A stretch of 64,000 bases of DNA from Octopus sinensis (Eukaryota), in assembly GCF_006345805.1 (NCBI RefSeq), contig NC_043021.1:19158001-19222000 (forward strand), given 5' to 3'. The number at the start of each line of letters is the position of its first letter. Position 1 is the first letter of the stretch. This document shows positions 37,301-47,312 of this stretch, piece after piece. The notes below the pieces were generated by a model that ran no database searches, was not told the DNA's origin, and saw only the letters and a list, made by a program, of their open reading frames with translations. The translations under genes and the position numbers were made by a program.

Positions 37301-38377
37301 GCCTCTCCACATCTAGCAAGGGCAGAATTCTAGTTTAAGCACCCCTAATAATCCCTCATAACTATTTTTTAATTTCTGGAACTTTTGGACAATATTTGCA
37401 AATTTGTGATCTACATTCTTACAATTTTGAAAAAAAAAAAATTGTGTGATTTAAGGACAATTTAGCTGTTGTCTTTAGCACATCCCACAACCACCTGATA
37501 CCTTCTGCATTTCTTTGTCACTCTGTTTTTCAATATTTTTTCCTCCCCATAAACACAATTAATTCCACCTCACCACGAATTCTAATTTAGTTCTAAAATC
37601 ATTTGGTCCAAATCATCCCCAGTTTGCAGAGTCCCAGTCCAGTTTACCATATTTCTTCTCTTTTGGACAAAAGAACACGAGTCAACCGTTTCCCTGACCC
37701 AGTTTTCGTGATCCTGGATCTCACTATTTCCGACCATTTATATAAATATCAACAAACATACAAGAGGTGCAGGCATGGCTGTGTGGTAAGAAGCTTGTTT
37801 TGTCAACCACATGGTTCCAGGTTCAGTCCCACTGCATGGCACCTTGGTCAAGTGTTTTCTACTATATATTTCTTTACTACCCACAAGGAGCTAAACACAG
37901 AGGGGACAAACGGATTAAGTCGATTACATCGACCCTAGTGTGTAACTGGTACTTAATTTATCGCGCATGTTTGTACATGTTTGTATCGCACATGCGGCAT
38001 ATTCGTTTCTGAAGGCGAAGAAAGTTTTGAATAATGTTACTCCCCGATGTTTACATTTACATACGCGCAAGTCGTTGTAGGATCGACTATTTACGACTAT
38101 ATATATATATATATATTAACATTAAATTTCGAAATAATCGGAATCTTAATGAAAAGAAAAAAAACATTTTAAACGATTACGCGATGTTAATAGGATGTGA
38201 TTTACCAATACATACATATATATACATACACGCGCATATTTTATAGATACATATAGAGACAGATATTTTTTTTAATATTTATACTAACATAAACATTTAA
38301 ATGTATTAGATTTAAGCCTCCCTGAATCCTAAATAACAACAAACAACGCAAAAAAATACCTTTCTGTCTCGCTGCAT
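7920..38377 (-). CDS. PES1: Pescadillo homolog (ribosome biogenesis, PeBoW complex), joined CDS of 17 exons, 1782 nt / 593 aa
   Basis: Exon lengths 18+80+154+110+128+44+90+117+69+81+134+126+173+135+71+174+78 join in one frame, all with GT-AG boundaries and matching phases. Pescadillo motifs: [45 protein letters not shown] region [15 protein letters not shown]...[12 protein letters not shown], acidic and basic tail. Most exons are absent from the ORF track. Confidence 0.96.
8880..9145. repeat. (TG)/(TA) compound microsatellite
   Basis: Direct reading. Confidence 0.9.
9192..9365 (-). CDS. PES1: PES1 exon 16 ([12 protein letters not shown]...[29 protein letters not shown])
   Basis: aaacag|AAG...GAG|gtgagt, 174 nt, conserved C-terminal motif. 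Confidence 0.94.
9510..10530. repeat. Cluster of tandem SINE-A tails (period about 120 bp, 9510-9900) followed by tandem SINE-A heads (9920-10530)
   Basis: caagaaatac at 9510, 9627, 9751, 9878; head motif repeated at about 9921, 10110, 10398. Confidence 0.7.
10596..10666 (-). CDS. PES1: PES1 exon 15 ([24 protein letters not shown])
   Basis: tttcag|CC...AAG|gtttgt, 71 nt; needed to reconcile phase 1 (exon 14) with phase 0 (exon 16). Confidence 0.82.
12413..12880 (+). mobile_element. RTE/BovB-like LINE 3' end
   Basis: [12 protein letters not shown]...[14 protein letters not shown]...FFGHIM...G.RK.GRP..SW, (GAT)n tail. Confidence 0.85.
12888..13488 (+). mobile_element. SINE family B: one head plus three tandem bodies of about 184 bp
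   Basis: Body gtcgactttgcctttcatcctttcggggtcgataaa...; junction gaaatagg|ta(t/c)ttcgtc. Single copies at about 20739-20968 and 29286-29519. Confidence 0.85.
13559..13693 (-). CDS. PES1: PES1 exon 14 (acidic [16 protein letters not shown]...SPVKKK)
   Basis: catcag|AA...AAGA|gtaagc, 135 nt, phase 1/1. Confidence 0.88.
14283..14455 (-). CDS. PES1: PES1 exon 13 ([37 protein letters not shown]...)
   Basis: tttcag|T...GAAG|gtatgt, 173 nt. Confidence 0.96.
14575..15192 (+). mobile_element. RTE LINE 3' end with long 3' UTR; longest local member of the (GAT)n-tailed family with copies at about 3.7, 8.2, 10.9, 11.9, 16.7, 17.0, 27.4, 28.9, 30.4, 32.0, 33.6, 35.9, 45.8, 46.2 and 59.3 kb
   Basis: [22 protein letters not shown]...DRDLWR, then UTR with ggtggcacgtaaaaagcacc subrepeats ending aaacggacgttaaacgatgatgat. 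Confidence 0.8.
15682..15726 (+). ncRNA. Candidate minimal type I hammerhead ribozyme
   Basis: GTAC-CTGATGA-GACCC-ggactgat-GGGTC-GAAAC-atac-GTT-GAAC. Confidence 0.5.
15761..16210. mobile_element. tRNA-headed element with a 5' inverted duplication (arms of about 208 bp), hammerhead-like core in each arm
   Basis: Arms 15761-15968 and 16001-16210; A-box-like tagtggttaaga at the apex, B-box-like gagttcgattcc at about 16022. Confidence 0.7.
15805..15850 (-). ncRNA. Candidate minimal (dimeric-type) hammerhead ribozyme, sense to PES1 intron 12
   Basis: GACAT-CTGAAGA-A-GGCTG-gagggtatat-CAGCC-GAAAC-GTT-GTGTC on the minus strand. Confidence 0.55.
17353..17478 (-). CDS. PES1: PES1 exon 12 (SFGGEVSWS...ISHQIVDRP...)
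   Basis: ctgcag|T...CACG|gtacgt, 126 nt. Confidence 0.96.
17518..17738. mobile_element. piggyBac-like MITE, solo copy
   Basis: TTAA|CCCTTT...AAAGGG|TTAA. Confidence 0.8.
18670..19020. mobile_element. Near-perfect foldback element (arms of about 163 bp, 25-nt loop)
   Basis: 18670-18832 pairs with 18858-19020; shares agccccagg..ga.at..ctccagctggctata..acac..atctgtgtcct with the 33-kb and 42-kb elements. Confidence 0.85.
19558..19691 (-). CDS. PES1: PES1 exon 11 (...[23 protein letters not shown])
   Basis: cttcag|CCT...TTCG|gtaagt, 134 nt, BRCT start. Confidence 0.96.
19919..20258 (-). repeat. 66-bp tandem repeat x5, derived from the RTE 3' UTR subrepeat
   Basis: Units start at 19919, 19985, 20051, 20117, 20183; explains the 22-aa periodic ORFs. 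Confidence 0.9.
20291..20371 (-). CDS. PES1: PES1 exon 10 ([27 protein letters not shown])
   Basis: ttccag|CAA...AAT|gtaagt, 81 nt, LAA...DEFP motif. Confidence 0.92.
21470..21960. mobile_element. Tc/pogo-like MITE or internally deleted DNA transposon
   Basis: TA|ccgtaaatcctcaagtataatccgca ... tgcgtattatactcaaggatttacaa|TA. Confidence 0.7.
22122..22190 (-). CDS. PES1: PES1 exon 9 ([23 protein letters not shown])
   Basis: ttgcag|TTT...GAA|gtaagt, 69 nt, phase 0/0, variable acidic linker. Confidence 0.85.
22239..23931. repeat. Tandem array of 7 piggyBac-like MITE units (period 239-247 bp) in PES1 intron 8
   Basis: Unit starts (aaccc) at 22241, 22487, 22734, 22981, 23228, 23469, 23708. Confidence 0.9.
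24223..24560 (+). mobile_element. tRNA-derived SINE family C with a CORE-like central motif
   Basis: tggctcagtggttagag head; ttcttgagcaagacactttatttcacattgctccagttcactcagctg. Copies at about 8690-8835(-), 31040-31350(-), 36127-36420(+), 49565-49790(+), 54404-54741(+), 56181-56420(+), 63794-64000(+). Confidence 0.8.
25090..25206 (-). CDS. PES1: PES1 exon 8 ([39 protein letters not shown])
   Basis: gcacag|TAT...CAG|gtaagg, 117 nt. Confidence 0.96.
26774..26863 (-). CDS. PES1: PES1 exon 7 ([30 protein letters not shown])
   Basis: tttcag|GTG...AAT|gtaagt, 90 nt. Confidence 0.96.
27136..27179 (-). CDS. PES1: PES1 exon 6 ([15 protein letters not shown])
   Basis: ttgcag|TG...AAG|gtcagt, 44 nt. 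Confidence 0.94.
29820..29947 (-). CDS. PES1: PES1 exon 5 ([25 protein letters not shown]...LCRRLT)
   Basis: cccag|G...ACAG|gtaaga, 128 nt. Confidence 0.96.
30847..30956 (-). CDS. PES1: PES1 exon 4 (HYMRRLKR...[12 protein letters not shown])
   Basis: cacag|CAT...AACG|gtaagg, 110 nt. Confidence 0.95.
32725..32878 (-). CDS. PES1: PES1 exon 3 ([13 protein letters not shown]...[11 protein letters not shown])
   Basis: gacag|G...AAG|gtaggt, 154 nt. Confidence 0.96.
32995..33547. mobile_element. Rearranged foldback element with a deleted hammerhead core, in (TA)n, PES1 intron 2
   Basis: Near-identical to 42652-43079; extra inverted arm copy at about 33165-33254. Confidence 0.85.
33737..34180. mobile_element. 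73-bp inverted repeats enclosing a diverged half-copy of the hammerhead foldback element
   Basis: Arms 33737-33809 and 34108-34180; core CTGATGA at 33853. Confidence 0.7.
34729..34808 (-). CDS. PES1: PES1 exon 2 ([27 protein letters not shown])
   Basis: tttcag|TAT...TTCAG|gtcagt, 80 nt, conserved pescadillo N-terminus. Confidence 0.95.
34863..35003. mobile_element. Mariner-like MITE, 141 bp
   Basis: TA|taaggttgtcccaaaagttcgta ... tacgaacttttgggacaacctaa|TA. Confidence 0.8.
36525..36659. repeat. Inverted repeat (arms of about 44 bp) with a degenerate hammerhead-like apex
   Basis: TTGATGA-GTGC-caac-GCAC-AAAAC between the arms. Confidence 0.55.
38360..38377 (-). CDS. PES1: PES1 exon 1 coding part (MQRDRK)
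   Basis: ATG CAG CGA GAC AGA AAG|gtattt; phase 0 fits exon 2. Short, so the least certain exon. Confidence 0.65.
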
Positions 38378-39959
38378 TTTCGATGCCAGAAGCTGACCCA
38401 CGTGTCTGGCGAGGTTTAGCAAAGATTACGGAGAGCTCCACCAGAAAGGGGGAAGTAACTGACAGCACTTCGTTCAAAATTGTTGTTTCCCCAAATAAAT
38501 TGTTGTTGATCTCCCCTTGTAACGCTGGCCTGACCAGACACGACATCAAATGCGTTCCAACCGTGATCCTCCTCTACTATTTACTCTTTTACTTGTTTCA
38601 GTCATTTGACTGCGGCCATGCTGGAGCCCGCCTGTAGTCGAGCAAATCGACCCCCGGGACTTATTCTTTTGTAAGCCTAGTACTTATTCTATCGGTGTAT
38701 TTTGCCGAACCGTTAAGTAACGGCGACGTAAACACACCAGCATCGGTTGTCAAGCAATGCTAGAGGGACAAACACATACACACACATATATATATACATA
38801 TATACGACAGGCTTCCTTCAATTTCCGTCTACCAAATCCACTCACAAGGCTTTGGTCGGCCCGAGGCTGTAGCAGAAGACACTTGCCCAAGATGCCAGGC
38901 AGTGGGACTGAACCCAGAACCATGTGGTTGGTTAGCAAGCTACTTACCACACAGCCACATTTATTTTATTTATCTATCTATTTGTGTTTAGACATACTGT
39001 GTCTACGACTAAATCACTGAGACGAAGTATTCAGAGATGCCCCCCCACCCCAAATGAACAACAACATTTAAGTTGATTCTGTTGTGTCTGGGGGGTCAAT
39101 GTAATCGACTTAACCCCTTTGTCTGTCCTTGTTTGTCCCCTCTATGTTTAGCCCCTTATGAGCAATAAAGAAATAGGTGACCCAGTTAAACACACAATAA
39201 GACCACTTATAATTTTTATTAGTTCCCTACTTGATTTCAGGGCATTGCTTACCCCTTCCAGTTTTCATTCTACCATCCTCTGCTTTGTCTTCTTTTCCAA
39301 TTTATCACTTCTTTTCCTTCTCCCTTTTTTCCCCCCTTATCTTCTCTTTGGTTCTTCTTTTCCAGTTTATCCCCTCTCTTCCCCTTTTCTCTTTATCTCT
39401 CTTCCACCCACCTTATACTTATTACCTCTTTGTTCCCCTTTCACATATCTCTATTGTTCATTTCTCATTGTTCTGCTTGGTTCTCACCAGAACACAATGA
39501 TTTAGATTAGGGTAGCATTGATTCTCTGAGTCATTGTCCTTTTTACAACCAATCAATGGATCAATTGAATAAGCCAATTAATAACACACCTATAATGACT
39601 ACTTGTAACAGTTGTAGGAAATACGTAATGACCACTATTTATGCCTTGTCTTAGATACCTCAAACCTCCCATCCTCTGACGCAAGTCCCCCACCTGAAAT
39701 GCCCCTGCCCCTCTCAAAATCCCTTGTCTTGCAAGTTACTTGGTGACCCTGCCAGAGTGAGTACCACATAAAAATTATCCAATCCACACTGTAAAGTGGT
39801 TAGCATTTGGAAGGGCATCCAGTTGTAAAAATCATGCCAAATCTAACCTTGCCTGTGCTAGTGCCATGTAAAATGTACTGAATCCACCCTGCAGAGTGGT
39901 TGATGTTAGGAAGGGCATCCAGCCGCAAAGACCCTGCCAAAATGGACACAGCAGCCTAG

Positions 39960-40750
39960 GGTGTTTTCTTATTTCTTTATGGCCCACAAGGGGACAAACA
40001 AGGACAGACAAAGGGATTAAGTCGATTATATCAACCCCAGTGCATAACTGGTACTTAATTTATCGACCCCGAAAGGATGAAGGCAAAGTTGACCTCAGCA
40101 GAATTTGAACTCAGAATGTCAACACACAAAATATCAATAAGCATTTTTCTTGATGTGCTAATGGTTTTGCCAGCTTGCCGCCTTCATTTTTTTTATAATA
40201 TCGGGGTGAGGAGGGGCAGTTAATTAGATTCACCCCAGAACACAACTGGTACTTAATTTATCGACCCTGAAAGGATGAAAGGCAAAGTCGACCTCAGCAG
40301 AATTTGAACTTGGAATGTAAAGACAGACAAAGTACCTATTTCTTTACTACCCACAAGGGGCTAAACACAGAGAGGATAAACAAGGACAGACAAAGGGATT
40401 AAGTCGATTACATCAACCCCAGTGCATAACTGATAATTTATCGACCCCAAAAGGATGAAAGGCAAAGTCGACCTCGGTGGAATTTGAACTCAGAACATAG
40501 CGGGAGATGAAATACCTATTTCTTTACTACCCACAAAGGGCTAAACACAAAGAGGACAAACAAAGATAGACAAACGGATTAAGTCGATTATATCGACCCC
40601 AATGCGTAACTGGTACTTATTTAATCGTCCCCAAAAGGATGAGAGGCAAAGTCGACCTTGGCGAAATTTGAACTCAGAACGTAGCGGCAGACAAAATACT
40701 GCTAAGCATTTCACCTGGTGTGCTAACGTTTCTGCCTGCTCACCACCTTA
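39960..40750 (-). mobile_element. SINE family B concatemer
   Basis: Junctions at 40335 and 40515. Confidence 0.8.
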
Positions 40751-41231
40751 AATGTTTTCTACCTGGCCAGCTCCTATGAACCGTCTGACCCATGCATGCA
40801 TGGAAAATGGACATTAAACAATGATGATGTTGATGATGATATATATTTCTTAAACAAGAATGTTGTTGACAGTGACTTCGAAGTTTGGGCCAGCTAAGTC
40901 ATCTTAGCTGGGCGAAAACTTCTAAGTCACTATTAACAACATTCTTGTATAAGAACCATTAGTTTGTACTCTACAAAAATATAGAGTAACCAATCAGATA
41001 AAGACAAACATTAATATGTGTATGTATGTGTATACATATATATACTCTTTTACTTGTTTCAGTCATTTGACTGTGGCCATGCTGGAGCACTGCCTTTAGT
41101 CGAGCAAATCGACCCTGGGACTTATTCTTTGTAAGCCCAGTACTTATTCTATCGGTCTCTTTTGCCAAACCGCAAAGTGATGGGGACGTAAACACACCAG
41201 CATCGGTTGTCAAGCAATGCTAGGGGGACAA

Positions 41232-41268
<37 letters not shown>

Positions 41269-41734
41269 CATATATACGACAGGCTTCCTTCAGTTTCCGT
41301 CTACCAAATCCACTCACAAGGCATTGGTCAGCCCAGGGCTATAGCAGAAGACACTTGCCCAAGATGCCACGCAGTGGGACTGAACCCAGAGCCATGTAGT
41401 TTGTAAGCAAGCTACTTACCACACAGCCACGTGTGAATATGGTTGTGTCTCCTAGTCTTGACATCATGTCATAGTTGTAAATGATTGTCACTGTCATACA
41501 AGCAGTGTCATTCATTTTCAATACTTTATGAGGACTATGGGGGGAAATATTACCTTGCTTGGAAACAGGTGAGGTTTGATAACAGAAAAGGTATCTGGCC
41601 ATGGAAAATTTGCCTTAACAATTTCCACCTCACCTGTGCAAGCATGAAAAAGTAAACATTAAAAGAGGATGATGATGATGATGTTTTTTTAAAGATATAG
41701 TTAAAGTACGTTGACTTATTTTCTAGTGAAACAA

Positions 41735-42034
41735 CAGTGTATCACCCTCTATAAAAGGTTGGAAAACACTTTTATGGAAGTAAACCTTTGGGAAAATACT
41801 GATATAGAAGTAATAAACCTTTGCAAGCTTAACACCAATACATCAAAAGATAACAAGATATATTTCATACACTTTTAAGAGTCAGTGTATCACCATCTAT
41901 AAAAGGTTGGAAAACACTTTTATGGAAGTAAACCTTTGGGAAAATACTGATATAGAAGTACTAAACTTTTGCAAGCTTAACACCAAGGAATCAAAAGATA
42001 ACAAGATATATTTCATACACTTTTAAGAGTCAGC
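41735..42034. repeat. 148-bp tandem duplication
   Basis: cagtgtatcacc... recurs at 41735 and 41883. Confidence 0.85.
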
Positions 42035-42651
42035 TTTATTATTCGTTTGAAAATAAAAAAAACTTTACAAATGAAAAAAAAAACGTGAATAGAATTTTAC
42101 AATAGAAGTGAAAACAGCAGTAATTGATTTCATAAAGATCTCATAAGAATGAATTAATTGTGGAGAATATGTCTGCTGCTTATGATGTTGTCCTTAATGC
42201 CAATCCTTTATCAAAGCTTTGTATCTCAACATGTAGCAACTGCTAGTGCACTATGATACATGAGATGAGAAGAACAGTTTCAATGAAGGATCCATGCTCT
42301 GGTGGACATAATCATGATACACAGAGATATTGGGACTTGTGTTCTCATCTGGGGTTGTTACAGTGAGAGACCTACTTCAGCTGCCTGAAACAGAGAGAAA
42401 TGTTCTTGAATTTTCAAACCAAAGCCTTTATTATTTATTCAATCCATGTCAGTAGAATTATACTCGTTCCATCATTCGGTGCCAAAGATATTCTTGTATT
42501 TGGTATTCTCAACCTTGTGGTGCCACTTTCTTGCTCCACTTGAACCAGAGTTTATATAAATCTCCTGACACAGGAATTGAACTCATAGTCACCAGGTAAA
42601 CTGCATTGCTTAATACTTGACACTTAATCAATGCTTATATATATATATATC

Positions 42652-43076
42652 GTGACGCATATTTGCCATTTGAATATGGCTAACCCATAAGGGTGGATGC
42701 TACTGTAGTTTGTAGCCCCAGGAAGATATCTCCTCCAGCTGGCTATAGACACACTATCTGTGTCCTCTCAGTATTTGTGATTGTGAAGGGATCTGACTTC
42801 TCGTCGACAACCATGATTGTCACATGCTGATGAAAGGTAAACACCTTGAAACTCAGGTACGTGTATATCATGAGTTGAAGACGGGGAGGATGACTCCCCT
42901 TCACAAATACTGAGAGGACACAGATAGTGTGTCTATAGCCAGCTGGAGGAGATATCTTCCTGGGGCTACAAACTACAGTAGCATCCACCCTTATGGGTTA
43001 GCCATATTCAAATGGCAAATATGCATCACAATGTGTTACCGCTACTGTTTATAACTCGCTCTGAGATTTATCATTG

Positions 43077-43079
<3 letters not shown>
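42652..43079 (+). mobile_element. Foldback element (129-bp arms, 50-bp unique tail) inserted in (TA)n
   Basis: 42652-42780 pairs with 42901-43029 with one mismatch seen; imperfect stem continues to the apex. Confidence 0.9.
42822..42864 (+). ncRNA. Candidate type I hammerhead ribozyme at the hairpin apex
   Basis: ACATG-CTGATGA-AAGGT-aaac-ACCTT-GAAAC-tcag-GTA-CGTGT. Confidence 0.6.
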
Positions 43080-43117
<38 letters not shown>

Positions 43118-43615
43118 GATGATATATATATATATATACACATATGTATGCATGTATGTACTCCGAGTCAGGCAAAACAAGCAAAGAATATTACAGGCTT
43201 AAGGGTTATTAACCCTTAAATGGCAGGAAAAGGTTGCATGAATGTGTATACCAAACAAGCAAAAACCAAAAATATCTTTTCTTAGAGGTAATTCTTTAAG
43301 ACCTATTTTCACTTTAAATAAATACAAAAACGATGAAATTATATTTTACATTCTCTTATATTATAAAAATAAAGACAAAAGCTTAATGAAAACATTTGAG
43401 CATGAATTCTTTTGAGATTCCCACAATGCTTTTGTCAAACGAATGTACAAATAGACAAATATCAATGTGCTTTTTCTACCCAGACCTAATTGAGGCATCA
43501 CTTTTTTCTGTGCTATCCTCCTCATCTACCTCATTTAATGATGAAGGAAAATAAAAAAAATTAAATTAAAAAAAGCATCTTCATTGTTGTATAATTTTTT
43601 TCATTTGTAACATAA

Positions 43616-44079
43616 CCCTTTCGTTACCAACCTGGCTGAAGCCGGCTCTGGCTCTGTAGTACAAATGTCTTGTTTTCATAAGTTTTGAATTAAAAATCTT
43701 CCACCAAACCTTAGTCACAATTTATGTTCCTAACACCAGCTGAATGATAACAGTTATTTTACTAAATTCTTTGTTATATTAAAAATTAATTGAAAGAAAC
43801 ACAGAGCATCTCAATAGAAATATGGTAACAAAAGGGTTAAAATATATAATAGAGAAACAATTCTTAACCCTTTTGTGACCAAACCGGCCCTGGATCTGAG
43901 TACAAATGTCTTGTTTTCATAAGTTTTAAATTAAAATCTTCCACTAAACCTTAGTCACAATTTATGTTCCTAACACTAGCTTAATGATAACTAAGTTATT
44001 TTACTAAATTCTTTTGTTATATTTAAAATTAATTGAAAGAAACACAGAGCATCTCAAAAGAAATATGGTAACGAAAGGG
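43616..44079. mobile_element. Tandem pair of the same piggyBac-like MITE, opposite orientation to the 22-kb array
   Basis: Units 43616-43836 and 43868-44079 joined by ttaaaatatataatagagaaacaattcttaa. Confidence 0.85.
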
Positions 44080-44589
44080 TTAATGTCTCCCATTGATAAG
44101 AGATACTTAAACTCAGGTGCATTTGACAAAGCAGATCCTCTCCTTTAATGAAGCACCTGTTGATGATATCTGCTGTTTAAGGATTAATATGAGAATGTCC
44201 TTAGTGTGGACAATGGAACAAGGAAAAAAATTAACCCCTCCCTCCCATGGAATAAAGGATTTGGTTTGAAACTCCAAGAATGTTTACCAAATGTGAAAGG
44301 CATTTGAAAAAGGTGAAAGAGTACAGTGCCTGGAATCAAGATGAGAACATTAGTCTGAATATAAACGCACGGCAATTCTTTCTACTATAGGGCACAAGGC
44401 CTAAAATTTTGTGGGTGTGGTTAGTCAATTATATAGAACCCCTCCCCCCCCCCCGGTACTTGATTGGTATTTAGTTTTGTCGACTTTGAAAGGACGAAAG
44501 GCAAAGTCAAACCTCAGCAGCATTTGAACTCAGAAGATAGAGAACTAGAAGAATGCTGCTAAGCATTTTGTCTGATGTACTAATAATAC

Positions 44590-45170
44590 TTATTTCTTTA
44601 TTGCCCACAGGGGGATTAATACCAATAAGCATTTTGCTTGGCGTGCTAATGGTTCTGCCAGCTTGCTGCCTTCATTTTTTTTATAATATTGGGGTGAGGA
44701 GGGGCAGTTGATTAGATTCACCCCAGAATACAACTGGTATTATTTTATCGACCCTGAAAGGATGAAAGGCAAAGTCGACCTCGGCGGAATTTGAACTCAG
44801 AACGTAGCAGCAGACGAAATACCTATTTCTTTACTACCCACAAAGGGCTAAACACAGAGGGGACAAACAAGGACAGACAAACGGATTAAGTCGTTTATAT
44901 CGACCCCAGTGCGTAACTGGTACTTATTTAATCGACCCCAAAAGGATGAAAGGCAAAGTCGACCTTGGCGAAATTTAAACTCAGAACGTAACGTAGGGAT
45001 TAAGTTGATTACATCAACCCCAGTGCGTAAATGATACTTAATTTATCGATCCTGAAAGGATGAAAGGCAAAGTCGACCTCGGCGGAATTTGAACTCAGAA
45101 TGTAACGGCAGACGAAATACTGGTAAGCATTTCGCCCAGCGTGCTACCGTTTCTGCCAGCTCGCCGCCTT
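44590..45170 (-). mobile_element. SINE family B concatemer
   Basis: Junction at about 44822. Confidence 0.75.
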
Positions 45171-45716
45171 GTACTAATAATTCTGCCAGCTTATTGCCTA
45201 ATCTTGGTTTCAAATTTTGGTACAAGGCCAGGAATTTCGTGTGGTGGCAGGGGATGGGGGAAGGATAGTCGATTTATATTGACCCCAGTTTTCTGCAGGT
45301 ACTTATTTTATCGACCCTGAAAGAGTGAAAGGCAAAGTCAAACTCAGTGGAATTTGAACTCAGAACATAAAGACAGACAAAATGCCGCTAAGTATTCTGC
45401 CTGGCATGCTAATGGTTCTGCCATCTCGTCACCTTATATAGAGTAAGTATAACTCGATGTTGTATATATTTGAATTGAATTGTGCTTGGGCATAAAAATT
45501 TTAATTATTAAAGAAATATTCCAAAATTTTGGCCACGACTGTATAAGCTACAGAGCTAGAAATTAAAAAGTGGTATCTATAAAACAAAGAAAAATCTCTC
45601 AAAAAGACAAAAAAAAGGGACTATGAAATGCATGACATGGAAATAGTAACAACTCAAAAAATGACAAACCTAGAACTTCAAACATATACATTAATTAATG
45701 AACACAGACCTGTATG

Positions 45717-45747
<31 letters not shown>

Positions 45748-46143
45748 GCAGCGTTATCCAAAGATGCTCATGTGGTGTGTGGTGTCATGTAAAAGCATCT
45801 AGTACACTGTGTAAAGTGGTTGGTGTTAGGGAGGGCATCCAGCCGTAGATAGGAAGCTGAATCAGACTGTGGTCTGATGCAGCTCCCCAGCTCTGGTCAA
45901 ACCGTCCAACCCATGCCAGCATGGACTACAGGCGTTAAATGATGATGATGATGATATATAATATAATATATATATGTATGTATGTATGTATATGTATATA
46001 CATGCATATTTATATATACATATGTTTTTTATTTCATTTGATACATATATCCTCTCACCTATGCTACTAGCTGGCATATACAGGTGCTTACATTTATCAG
46101 TATTCACCCTAAATTTATTGTACCTACCTCATATACATATATG

Positions 46144-46174
<31 letters not shown>

Positions 46175-47063
46175 GTATATACATACATATATTATATATG
46201 GCCGTTGCCAGCCTAGCCTGGCCCCCATGCCGGTGGCATGTAAAAAGCACTACCCAATCATGGCCATTGCCAGCACCACCCTGACTGGCCTCTGTGCCGG
46301 TGGCACGTAAAAAGCACCATCCGTCCGTGGCCGTTTGCCAGCCCTGTCTGGCACCTGTGCGGGTGGCATGTAAAAGCACCCACTACACTCACGGAGTGGT
46401 TGGCGTTAGGAAGGGCATCCAGCTGTAGAAACTCTGCCAGATCAGACTGGGCCTGGCACAGCCTTCTGGCTTCCCAGACCCCAGTTGAACCCTCCAACCC
46501 ATGCTATCATGGAAAGCAGACACTAAATGATGATGATGATATAGTGTATACATACAGAAACATATTTATATATACATACATATATATATATATATATATA
46601 CATACATATATGTATAGATGTACATATATGTATATACATACATAGTTTTATATATATACATATATATTATAAAAAACAATAACATTTGAGACATTTAATT
46701 AATAAAACATTGCATTCCGTAATTAGTTTATCACCTTCTATCTCCATTAGGTCATTTCTATTTAAATTTGTAAGAAGTTAATTAGTTAGATTCGTAAGCA
46801 ATTAGTTAAATGTGACCCCACCCTCATGAAGTGTAATCTTATACACTATCTATGAGTCAGTATAATTTCCAGTGGTACTAAACAAATGCACACATATACA
46901 CATTCATTAATATATACTTACATGAAAACACACACATATATATGCATATATACATACGTATATGTACATACTTACATCTATACGTATTATCAATGTTATT
47001 ATCATTGTTATTATTATTATTTTATTATTATTATTACTATTACTATTATTATTATTACTATTA

Positions 47064-47312
47064 TTCTATGTTTGACTTTTGCTTTATATTTGTACAAGTT
47101 GGCTCCAAGTCTCACCCAGAGACCTCAAGAGACAACAGGTTGGAAGTTTATGTTGTTGTTATGCCTAGTGTGCCATATATTTGTTTTTGTATTTAGTGTT
47201 GTACTAGTGAATGTCTAAAAAAAACCCCCCAAAATGTTTGTTTTAAACCTTGAGATTACATAGAAAGTATTTTGCGTAGGATATGAGCCGTTCCCATGAG
47301 CACTATCTTTTG
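47064..47312 (-). mobile_element. Shorter 3' copy of the same RLE retrotransposon, again between (TAA)n tracts
   Basis: Reverse-complement match to about 525-753. Confidence 0.75.

Noticed and set aside
39158-39505. Hydrophobic ORFs resembling membrane proteins
   Set aside because: Pyrimidine-rich low-complexity DNA.
42310-42332. 16-nt match to the loop of the 18.8-kb hairpin
   Set aside because: About one such match is expected by chance in an AT-rich 64-kb self-comparison.
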